From: Octopus bimaculoides
Lineage: Eukaryota
NCBI RefSeq assembly: GCF_001194135.2
Contig: NC_068985.1
Span: forward strand, 32,144,865-32,208,864
Length of the DNA: 64,000 nucleotides
Direction of reading: 5' to 3'
The notes beneath the pieces are model-generated. The model saw nothing but the letters and a program-made list of their open reading frames with translations, was not told the origin of the DNA and made no database searches. The translations under genes and the position numbers were made by a program. Positions 1 to 11,379 of this stretch are shown piece by piece. Within the stretch, counting starts at the first letter, position 1. Each line of letters begins with the position of its first letter.

Positions 1-2806
1 AAGGAGGTAGGCAGTGCTATAAAAGCAAAGAGACAGGACTGAAAAGACTGGAAAAATGGTGGAAGCAGACAATTATATCAGGTAGCCAGAAGGTAAGCTT
101 GGCAACAGGTTTACATAGAAGTTAAGAGATTTGCAGTTGCTCTAGTGTGAGGTGCTGAGGATTGCAAAGCAGTGTATCAGAGAGAATAGAGATGTGGATG
201 AGAAATATGTGCAGATGGATAATGGTATGCCTGCACTTAGCAATTCTGAGAAGATGCATGGAAGTTCCATTATGAGAGGCTGCTAAATATGGAAAATGTA
301 TGGGAGAAGGAAAGTCTTTCAAATACAGAACAGAGGAACCACTCATCAGAGTTGACAGCAGTATGAGAGATAAGACAATTAAAGATATGAAAACAGGGAA
401 AGGTCCTGGACCATCAGAAATCACTGCTGAGCATGCTTAAAACATCTAGTGGGATAGGATATGGCCTAATCACTTGTATAGTTAGTCAGGTCATCAAGGA
501 AGGTGTCATTCCCAATAGCTGATGTAGTACTATTATAGTTAGCTACTAAAAAGGTAAAGGTGATGTCTTAGATAGAAACAACTAAAAGTATCAAACTGCT
601 GGACTAGGTCAAAAATGTTACAGAGAGAGTTATAGCTCAATTGATTAGAAATAAAATTAAACTAGATGAGATGGTTTTGTGCATGGGAAAAGTACTACAG
701 ATGCCATTTTCCTAGTGAGACAGCTACATGAGAAATATCTGGCCAAAAATAAACCATTGTACTTTTCTTTCATCGACCTGGAGAAAGCTTTTGACAGTGT
801 CTCTTGCTCTGTTATCTGGTGGTCTCAAAGGAAGTTAGGAGTAGATGAATGGTTTGTTAGAGCTGTATAGCAGTGCTGTCAGTAGGGTGAGGGGAGTTGG
901 CCATGAATACAGTGATGAATTTAGCATAGAAGTAGTGGTTTACCAAGGCTCAGTTCTCAGTACACTCTTATTCATTATGGTCCTCCAGGTATTAACAGAG
1001 GAATTTAAGACTGGTTGCCTGTAGGAACTACTATATGCTGATGGATGTTGCTCTTATAACAGAATCTATAGTGGAATTGAAGAAATTCTAACTTTGGAAG
1101 CAAAACTTTGAATCAGAGAGCTTTAAAGTTATTCTAGTGAAGACCAAGGTTGTTAGCAAGAAAGCAGATAAGACTCTTTTTCCATCAGGTAAATGGCTCT
1201 GCTCAATATGTAGGAAAGGTGTTGGAAGAAATTCCATTTATTGCACCCAGTGTAAGTTATGGATACAAAAGAGGTGCAGTGGAATCACAAGTAGGTTAAC
1301 AGAGAAAGTTGTCTTCATATGTGGTAGATGTGCAGGAACAATAAATGCTAAGAACACACAGGAATTAGATTCTCCCAAATACTCAGGAGGCTTTCTTGAG
1401 GTTGTAGATAGTTTCTGTTACATAGGTGACCAAATTAGCATTGGTGGAAGATGTTCGGAAAGTATTGTTGTTGTAATTAAAATAGGATGGAGGAAGTTCA
1501 GAGAGCTATTACCTTTATTGACAACAAAAGGACACTCTCTCAGAGTGAAAGGCAGATTGTGTGATGCTTGTCTATGAATGACTATGGTAGTGAGACATGG
1601 GCTCTGAATGCAAAAGACATGTAGAAAAGAGAGGAACAAAGCTGGTATGCTCCGGTGGATATGCAACATCAAGGTGCATGTATGACAAGGTGCAAATATG
1701 CTGAGAAAAGATGGATATAAGAGGAATCAAATGCAGCATGCAAGAGAGAAGACTATGTTGGTTTGGACATGTGAAGCATATGAATGAAGACAGATGTATA
1801 AAGTGCCAATCGCTTAAAGTGGATGGCACCTGTGGAAGAGGGAGACCCAGGAAGACATGGGATGAAATGATGAGAGCTGATCTCAAGACACTGGGCCTCA
1901 CAGAGGAGACAACAATGAACCAAGATGTCTGGTGATATGAGGTTCTTGAGAACGCTTGCCCACCTCAGCAAAACTGAGTTCTGGGAGCACCATGTGACCC
2001 ACCCACATGTAACATTAAGGTTTCACACACCCTACCCCAATAAACCAAACTACATCTCTTCCTCACATTTCCTCTTTTCTATGCATTATGCTTACCTCTT
2101 CCTCTCCATTCCTGCAACCCAATCCATTCTTCCCTGCCCTGCCAACAGTATCATTGCTATCCTGTTGTCCTGCTCTATATACACAGGTTTCACCAGCCAC
2201 TGCACACCATTTCTCCCTCCCTTCTTTTGCATTCACATGAACTCCCTACTCATTCACCTTCAGCAATGTTTTACCATTCCATTTATATTCTCATCCCCAT
2301 ACTTTGAGAGGATGTCCTGGCACATCACCACCTTCTTTCTTGCACCCTCTCAATTTGCTCTCTTCCACTTTCACTCTTTCCTTCTGACTGGGGTAAACAT
2401 ACATCTCCACCATAGCAAGACACTTGTTTCTGTCTGTCTGCCACACTCCAACCTCTCATCACCTGAAACAAAGCCACCTCCCCTAATACCACCCCACTCT
2501 CAAAGTATCTTCATCTTGCAAGTTATTTGGTGACATCACTGGTGTTGGTGCCACGTAAAAAACACCCAGTCCACACTGTAAAGTGCTTGACATTAGGAAG
2601 GACATCCAACTATAAAAACTATGCCAAACTGACCTTGCTGGTGTTGATCCAACATAAAAAGCTCCAGTCAACTCTATAAAGTGGTTGGCATTAGGAAAGG
2701 CATCCAGCTGTATAAACCATGCCAAAGCAGTGGAGCTTGGTGCAGTCATCTGGATTGCCAGCTCCTGTCAGTATGCTAGTATGGAAGATAGATGTTAAAT
2801 GATGAT
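1..2806 (+). mobile_element. RTE-clade LINE, degraded 3' portion (RT, PHD-like finger, 3' UTR, GAT tail)
   Basis: Frameshifted RT motifs TTDAIFLVRQLHEKY...FIDLEKAFD, QGSVLS and LLYAD, Cys-rich CSIC...CTQC...C...CGRC, and RRLCWFGHV/RGRPRKTW. Pyrimidine-rich 3' UTR with repeated tail modules ending GATGTTAAATGATGATG. Confidence 0.9.
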
Positions 2807-2809
2807 GTC

Positions 2810-4090
2810 CCTACTCACAAGGTCAACAAAAGTGATGCAGATAGGTTATCTTTGCTCTCTGCATTTTTCTTGGAATTGTTGAAAGGAGAAGATCATGTCA
2901 AGTGAGGACCGCTCTGATCTGAAGCTGCACTGATTTGTGGAGTATACCCTTTCCAAAGTGCTCAGCAAGGAGATCCCTCTGTAGTTATTGCAATTACTTC
3001 TATTTTTTTGATTTTGTACAGAGTAACAATATTCAGTCTCTCATGTCCTGTAGCACAGTTCCTTTCCAGCAATAGCAAAGAAATTTGTATAGGTGGCACA
3101 ACAGGATGCTCTTTGCACACATGACGACCTCTGATGGAATGTCATCCAATACTGGTGCCTTGTCTGTAGGAAGACAATCACTTTACTTAGCTCTTCAATA
3201 GTTGGCAGTGTCTTTAGTTCTTTGATCACTGGCAGATATTCTATGGTATCTAGCACACAGTCTGATACAGTATTTTCTGTGGAGTGGAGTTTGGAGTAAT
3301 ATTTTACACACCTTTCCATCTGCCTGCCTTTGTCCTTGATCTCACCTGATATGGTTTTCTATGGTGTTGCCTAGCTCATGGTTGGACCAATGACCTTTAT
3401 CTCCTCATACATTCCACAGAAGTCATCTATGTCAAACAATGATTGAATACCTTTGTAAAGCAGTAACCCATTGTTATTTGCACATCATCTGGCTGTTTTC
3501 TGGATCTTGCAACTTGCTGTTTTAAATGCTTCCAAGGTTACCTGGGCAGGCAGTGTTCATGTTCAAATAGTGCAGCATGCTTTAGCCCAAATTTGCCTCA
3601 GACTGATCTAATGTCTTGCACAGCTTATTAGCAAAAGCCTTCAGGACAGTATTGTGGATGATGTCCCTGAGAGAATCCCATATCATTTACGCTTCTCTGT
3701 CTGGGAGTGTCTGAAGAGAGGGCATTTTTCAGTAAATTTATGAACTCTTCTGCTTTATCTAGTCATCATATCACAATGACATCAATGCACTGCTTGCTGA
3801 CATAGTGATATCAATGCATAAAAGTGTATTTTCTTTGGCTGCAGTCTGATCTTGCAGAAAACCAAAGAGTGGTCTGTGTTACAGTTTGCACTTTAGGAGG
3901 ATCAAGTCATGAGCTCATTCCTTAAATGGCAGAGTCTTGTAAATACCAGGTTTAGTTGGTGCTAGTGTTTGGAGTAAGAATGTCTCCACCAGTTACCCAT
4001 GCAGCAGATCTCCTCTCTGTACACCATTGATGCTATCTAAGGGAAGGCTTAGGAACCAGTACATCTTGGTACCAGTGTTGTCGCAGAAAT
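2810..4090 (-). mobile_element. RTE/BovB-like LINE fragment (second family)
   Basis: MERCVKYYSKLHSTENTV...LPTIEELS linker, then NIVTLYK..NCNNYRGISLLS and QCSFRS.RSSLDMIFS..QEKCREQ-like RT N-terminus; multiple stops and frameshifts. Confidence 0.8.
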
Positions 4091-5071
4091 TTCAAAAACA
4101 AAACTTTGTGAACGGATATGGTAGACAGAAACTGAAAGAAGTCCATCATATATATATATATATGTATGTATGTGTGTCTTTGTGTCTGTCCCCTACCACT
4201 AACTAACAATTGGTGTTAATGCATTTACATCCCTGTAATTCAGTGGTTTGACGAAAGAGACTGATAGAATAAGTACTAGGCTGAAAACTAAGCCTTGGTG
4301 GTCGATTTGTTCTACTAAAACCATTCAAGGTGGTGCCCCAGCATGGCGGCAGTCAAATGACTGAAATAAGTAAAAGATAAATTTATATATATATATATAT
4401 ATATNNNNNNNNNNNNNNNNNNNNNNNNNNNNNNNNNNNNNNNNNNNNNNNNNNNNNNNNNNNNNNNNNNNNNNNNNNNNNNNNNNNNNNNNNNNNNNNN
4501 NNNNNNNNNNTATATATAAAATTTAAAAGACAAAGGACTGGGACAACTGGTGATATGTGGTGCTAAAGAAGACCCATAAATGTTGGCAAAATTGAGATTC
4601 TGGAAGCATGATGTGTTGAATGAGACCTGCTATGAGAATGAATGTCAATTTTGAGAAATATCTTTTCTCTTTCTCCTGCTTCCTGATTCTTTTTCTTCTC
4701 TTTGATAAAGGATATCACTCAAAATGTCAGATTCTCTTCTGTTTTCTCTTTTGGCAAATTAATCTTCATTGTACACTTCTTTGTTGCTTTTTGCTTTATA
4801 TTTTTACGATTTTCAGATGTACTTTCACCTGTCTGATTCTGAATCAGGGCTGACTCAAGGTATTGGCAACTCGGGCAGTCGCCCTGGGTACAATGTCCTA
4901 GGGGACATCAAGGAGAGCATGACAAAGAGATTTCCATGACCGTCAGCTTGTACATGCCAAAGTTCAGCTTACCCAGAGCACCAGCAAGCCTAGGGCCGGC
5001 TTTGTTCTGTATGGTATATTTTGTATGTTTTCTCTTTGCCTCAAATTTTACTCATGTTGTGTGATTTTTCG

Positions 5072-5110
<39 letters not shown>

Positions 5111-5179
5111 TACACATTTTTATACACATATATCAGAAATTTAGAGAAGTACTAGTTGAAGTAATTGATGAAGAAGAGA

Positions 5180-5790
5180 TATAGACATATAACATAAAGG
5201 ACAAATAGAAGTTCTTACAGGTCAACCTACTGAGGGATATGACTATATTTGTGGTTGGTGGAAAGTTCCAACCAGACTAAGGGTGACATGGTGGTAAAAC
5301 AGTGGGGTAAACAGAGCCATAAAAGAGACAGGCTTGAAAAAATTTGAAAAATGGGAGAAGCAGAGAAATATACCAAGTAGCCTTAAGAGAAGTTAGGTAA
5401 CAGGCTTATTTATCAAGGGGAGCAGCAGAAAGTAAGAGGTTTGCCAATGTTCTACAGCATGAGGACCTGAGACATGAGGTGTTCCAAACTGCAAGGAAAT
5501 GTATCAGAGAAAATCAATATGTTGGAGATTAGCACATAAGGATGGATAAAGGTACACTTGCACTAAGTAATTCTGAAAAGAATGAGGCCTGAAAATGCTA
5601 TTGTGAAAGGTTATTAAATGTGGAGAATGCATAGGAGAAAATGAGTCTTCCTTCCTAATATGGATCCAACAGAAGGACCAGCTATCCTAACAGACAGTAG
5701 TATGATAGATAAAGCAATTAAGGGTGTGAAGACAAAGAAAACCCCTGGATTGTCAAGAATTGCAGCTAAAATGCTTAAAACAAATATATA
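5180..5790 (+). mobile_element. RTE LINE internal fragment
   Basis: Similar to 1-440 (GAAAGG.T...AATGTGGAGAATGCAT.GGAGA.. and ATAAAGCAATTAAGG segments). Confidence 0.7.
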
Positions 5791-8700
5791 TATATAAATA
5801 TATTCTTTATTTGTGGATTAACAGTGCTATCATTGGTTTCATCTGAAAAAACTCACCATTTTCAAAGGTTCCACTTAAAAATGTTTGTAATTTGTCTTCA
5901 TTTTGAATAAGGTAGCTTTATCTAAAATGGATAGGGATTTCTTTTCACATGAAACCAATGGTGGCATTGTTCATCCACAATTAAAGAATATATTTCTCTA
6001 CCAAATGTTGGTGTTGATCGCACATTCTCACTGTTCATCACTATTGCACCATACATATTATATATATGATTGTTAACATCCACTTTTGCTTGCTTATGTG
6101 GGTCAGATGAATTTGTTGAAACAGGTTTTCTACAACAGGGTGCCCTTCCTGTCACCAATCCTCACCTGTTTCCAAGTAAGGCAATATTTCCCCATCACTG
6201 GACATATGTTCATGGAAGACTGGACATGAAAGACACCACCTGCATGATGATGACACTTGTTTTACAACTATTACACAATACTCAGACAAGAGGACACAAA
6301 ACACAGGCTTCTTTCAATTTTCATCTACTAAATTCTCTCACAACTTCAGTTGGCACAGTACTATAGTAGAAGACATTTGCTTCAGGTATCATGTAGAGGG
6401 GCTGAATTCAAAATCACATGTTTAGAAGCAATCTAATAAACTACACAGCTATACCTGATATTTGAAACTCAAAGGTTATGCACTAAAGACTAGCAAAGTA
6501 TGTTATATATTGTAAAGTGCATGAGAATCTGATGTAAATAAAAATAAAAGCACTTTTAATGGGGAATGTATATAAATTTTTGAACTTCAATATAATGAAT
6601 TGCAATTTGTGGAAATTAGGGCTGACATGGAAAAGGAATGATTAAAAACAGCATTAATAATTAAATGATCAGAATTAAAGTAATAACAGTCAAATATCAG
6701 CTTATACCTCAAGTAATTCTATAAAAGTTTAGCTGCATTTAATCACAATCAGCCTGTGTCATAAATTACATTTACACTTCTAGTGAAACAATTTCTGCAC
6801 TGAAATTTACGGTTTTAAGCAATGCCACATTGTTTCTTTAGTATTAAACTGTTATTTTTTTTTATGTATTATAACAATGTATAGCAATTAATTGTTACTT
6901 TAATATTGATAAATCTTAATGAAACATGAAAAAAAAAAAAAAAAAAAAAAACATAGATGCATCCTGAGGTAAAGTGTTGTATTCTATTATATAACAGTTA
7001 CAGAAATCTACAAAAAAAAAACTTTAACAGAATTTATAGTAGTTAAATATTGTTATAAATTCAATCAAAAGAAACATTAGCAATGGTCAAAAGGCTTTTA
7101 TAAGGTAAGTTGTTTTAGCACAGAGAAATGTTGTAAAAGGAAAAATTAAATTGGCTTCAGAGAAATTAGGAAAAAAAGCAATGGATTAAAGTAATTTATA
7201 AAACAAATATCTAAGGGGACTAATTACAATAGCTTTTCAATGTCCTTAAATATCACCGAAGAAACAAAAGCCAACAGAACGCAAAGTGAAATTTTAGAGA
7301 AATTTACAACTGACATTTGGGATCTATGAATAAGGTCAATAACTAAACCTTTACATGGTCTACATTTGAAAGAAAATTGCACTTTTGCACTTAGATCAAA
7401 ATTAAGTTTTTTTTAAAAGATTCCTGAGGTTTTTCTTTTCTTTTATGACAGTCTGGGTGGTTCAGTAATTTCATATAATTTAATGTGCAATAAAAACAGG
7501 CATTTTGCAGTTGGCTGACTCTCATTATACCCTAGAGTGTCAAGCAAACAAAATAATGGGCAATCCTTCGGTATTGGTATATGGTGTCGGTATGAAGAGA
7601 CGATGTCATTCATCCTCTTTTTCAGCCTAGCCTCTTTATCTGTCATGAGGGAAGATTGTGTGGGTGAATGATGTCGAAAGATTGCCAAATAATGTCCTAT
7701 GTAATAGGGGCAATGTTGTTGAATCCACAGTTGGCAAAATAATTAAGGTGTCAGTCTCTCCTACGAAGGACTGACAACTTACGTTTCATTTATCATTGGT
7801 ACTGAACTGCATACCTTGCTTAGTATTATAGGTGATACAATTAAATCATCATTGTAAACATTGTATTCCTAATTAATACTTCGTTACACTTCAGTGTACT
7901 GATTTAAACTGGTATCCTCTTCCAGGAAAACGATTTGGAACTCAGTATATCACAACCAACCAGTAATGACAGGGGGTACAAATAAAATGAAAATTAAGTT
8001 AAATGTAATCATCAAAGCATCTTTTATTTTATATACAATTAAATCATTCAAGTAGAATATAAAGGTTTGTAATAATCTAAATTTTTTATTTTTGATTTTT
8101 TTGCACATTACATGCTAAGCTTGTCAGGAATTTAGAAAGCAAATATATTTTGGTTCCAAAATCGGGGGAATTCAATAGCGCTTTTGATTTGACATTTTAT
8201 ACAACACAAAATGGAATTGTTCAAAGTATGCATTATATTTAAGAAATACGAAGTATATGTATGTTTATCAATAACTTAAAAACTTAAATTATCTAAGAAA
8301 TAGCTGCTCTCAAACGACAACCATGTGAAGGAGGCAAGATGTAACACGATGGGCAGCTTATTCCTCAGTTTTCACAGAAGGATGTTCTAATGATAGATGC
8401 ACTATTTTGAACATGCTAAACAGCAGAAGGGGAAGAACAGATATCTCCTTGGCATCAAGACTGAACTTTGTATAGCTTATTTAAATTTCCTTAGATGACA
8501 CCTATGGAATGGCTTAAATCATGTTGCATTAATAAACATTTTAAAGACAAATACATTGTAACATTCTATCAAAGAAACTAAAATTGAATAATACAAAATG
8601 CAAAACCATTAAACAGCCGTTTTAATTTCCAGCATCCTTACAAATAATATTTAAACCATTGCTTTTGACTCCCTATTTCCTCTAGGACAAGAGATATGAG

Positions 8701-8885
8701 AAAAATGACTAAATATAGTATCTCAGTAAATATGTTCACATTAGAAAAGAAAAAGGACTCGTTAATATTTAATTCTTTCCCATTACAAAACAATTTTTTT
8801 AAGACAGAGTAAATGGAACTTAAAACTATATCAATACATGAAGTTTAAAAAATATGCCTTTCAGAAAGACCAGAAAACCTATCAC

Positions 8886-8928
<43 letters not shown>

Positions 8929-10550
8929 NNNNNNNNNNNNNNNNNNNNNNNNNNNNNNNNNNNNNNNNNNNNNNNNNNNNNNNNNNNNNNNNNNNNNNNN
9001 NNNNNNNNNNNNNNNNNNNNNNNNNNNNNNNNNNNNNNNNNNNNNNNNNNNNNNNNNNNNNNNNNNNNNNNNNNNNNNNNNNNNNNNNNNNNNNNNNNNN
9101 NNNNNNNNNNNNNNNNNNNNNNNNNNNNNNNNNNNNNNNNNNNNNNNNNNNNNNNNNNNNNNNNNNNNNNNNNNNNNNNNNNNNNNNNNNNNNNNNNNNN
9201 NNNNNNNNNNNNNNNNNNNNNNNNNNNNNNNNNNNNNNNNNNNNNNNNNNNNNNNNNNNNNNNNNNNNNNNNNNNNNNNNNNNNNNNNNNNNNNNNNNNN
9301 NNTATATATATATATATATATATATATTAAATGTTCAGAAGACGTTTCGTTGACATTTTGAGATCAAAAGATCGACGGGAATAATTTATTCACAATATCC
9401 TTTTTATAAAGGAACTGATTTATATCCGATTCGGAATCTTATATGCATATTATTGGTAATTACCTCATCAACCCCGGTATTTAAAAGGCAGAGCTGACCT
9501 CAGCGAAAACTGAACGCAGAAACACAATCTGGATAATATAAAGGATCTAATGTGATAACCTCAACATCACCACATATGCTTTTAATAATAATTAGACAAG
9601 AAATCCTTAAGATATGGGAATGGTAAGTTGTGATGCTCATACCTTCCGCTTCTAACAGAAAATTGAAACTTATGGCGCAGAATCGGTGCGCGGGGAACTA
9701 CGACTGCACCAAGACGGCATTTCGATAACAATATTAATGATTTTTTTCTCATAAAAATTAACGCCTTACAGCATTATCACCTCAATAATAATAATAATAA
9801 TAATATATACGATCTCTGAAGAGTGAAAAACTTAGATCTAATTTACCAAAATTTAAAACACTATTGACATCATCTATCGATTGTCAAGTTACAAACAAAA
9901 TTAAAACTATAGAAAATTTCTCAAATCTTTCATAGCTAAAAAGGACAGGAAGTTGAATGACAATTCGCCCGGTGATAGGTTAAAGTTTAATGGTGTCTTT
10001 AAATGGAATGGTAAATTTTGTTAGTGTCAAAGACATGGCTCCTGCGAAGTTAAATTCATTTAATAGTTATCTTCTGATTTTGATTAAATCGGATAAGATC
10101 TATCTACAGTTTAAAAGAAGAGAATGGTGGATAAACGCACCTGTCGAAAAAATCCAACCTGTTACAGATGAAATAAACGCTGAAGAATGGAAAAAAATCA
10201 TTTAAAAGACGTTACAAAAAAATTCAAATTAAACTTGACCCTCCTTTGAGGTTGAAAATTTTATAATAACTCGTGTTAAGTCTGAGTAAATTTAAAACTT
10301 CAATAAATTGAAAATAGAGTTTTATGATGAAAAGAAAATGACTCGAATAATAATGATATGATAAAACGGTGTCGGAGTGGTCAACGCCATGTTAGCAGCA
10401 TCCTCAAGGGTGACCCAGTTACTAATGTAACACACTAGTTACCAAAAAAAAAAAACCCTAACATACATGCAAACAACTGTCAATAAAGCCAAAGAACCGT
10501 AAGAAATGCAGGGAATAAAAAAGTTACTTTTTTTTAAAAAATCAACTTAC

Positions 10551-10644
10551 TTATGGTCCGCATGGATCGGTAGAAAGGGGAATCCTGGCCACCGCTGGCT
10601 TTGCCTCCTTCCGCGAACGATGTCGTCCTGGGGCGCCCACTCAT
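10551..10644 (-). CDS. GSK3B: Glycogen synthase kinase-3 (GSK3/shaggy), first coding exon
   Basis: Translates MSGRPRTTSFAEGGKASGGQDSPFYRSMRTI+1 nt (94 nt). MSGRPRTTSFAE is the GSK3-beta N-terminus with the inhibitory Ser9 (RxRxxS). It is followed by a perfect GTAAGT donor (10550-10545) in phase 1, like vertebrate GSK3B exon 1. Exon 2 was not found between 1 and 10550, so intron 1 extends beyond the left edge or exon 2 lies in a gap. Confidence 0.95.
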
Positions 10645-10655
10645 AATGAATGCAT
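10641..10655 (-). promoter_or_regulatory. 4-codon uORF (MHSL*) whose TGA overlaps the GSK3 ATG
   Basis: The minus strand reads ATG CAT TCA TTA TGA. The main ATG (10644-10642) overlaps the TGA (10643-10641) as ATGA. Confidence 0.65.
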
Positions 10656-10668
10656 CCACAGGTACTTG

Positions 10669-11148
10669 NNNNNNNNNNNNNNNNNNNNNNNNNNNNNNNN
10701 NNNNNNNNNNNNNNNNNNNNNNNNNNNNNNNNNNNNNNNNNNNNNNNNNNNNNNNNNNNNNNNNNNNNNNNNNNNNNNNNNNNNNNNNNNNNNNNNNNNN
10801 NNNNNNNNNNNNNNNNNNNNNNNNNNNNNNNNNNNNNNNNNNNNNNNNNNNNNNNNNNNNNNNNNNNNNNNNNNNNNNNNNNNNNNNNNNNNNNNNNNNN
10901 NNNNNNNNNNNNNNNNNNNNNNNNNNNNNNNNNNNNNNNNNNNNNNNNNNNNNNNNNNNNNNNNNNNNNNNNNNNNNNNNNNNNNNNNNNNNNNNNNNNN
11001 NNNNNNNNNNNNNNNNNNNNNNNNNNNNNNNNNNNNNNNNNNNNNNNNNNNNNNNNNNNNNNNNNNNNNNNNNNNNNNNNNNNNNNNNNNNNNNNNNNNN
11101 NNNNNNNNNNNNNNNNNNNNNNNNNNNNNNNNNNNNNNNNNNNNNNNN
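10669..11148. other. Assembly gap covering the probable GSK3 5' UTR (other gaps: 4405-4510, 8929-9302, 38978-39218, 50776-51229, 53095-53830)
   Basis: N runs, mostly bordered by (TA)n/(CA)n or young repeats. Confidence 1.
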
Positions 11149-11379
11149 ATATATATACACACACACACACTTTTTTCTTTAACTGATAATAAAATCTACA
11201 CAGATCCTTGATCAAATGAATATCGTGTCAGATTTTTTAGGTAATAGAATTTCCAAAGTTCGTCTTGTGATCTTGCAGAGATGATTTGACACTCAAACCC
11301 TTTTCAAGAAACGAATGCGATGCTTTACACAGACTGTATTTAGTTAAGTGGTATGTTTTAACTTTAGGCTGTTGAAGAA

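Noticed and set aside
4855-4993. Possible hAT-MITE remnant (GGGCAGTCGCCCTGGG...CCTAGGGCCGGC)
   Set aside because: Too short and degraded to confirm TIRs or TSD.
5857-5921. 65-nt minus-strand exon-like unit (CCATTTTAG...GTGAGT) in GSK3 intron 1
   Set aside because: Stops in all three frames and no GSK3 similarity; at best a cryptic or poison exon with no support.
7443-7688. 81-aa minus ORF (MAIFRHH...) in GSK3 intron 1
   Set aside because: Starts at TTG, has no recognisable domain, is not GSK3 exon 2, and has no convincing splice sites.
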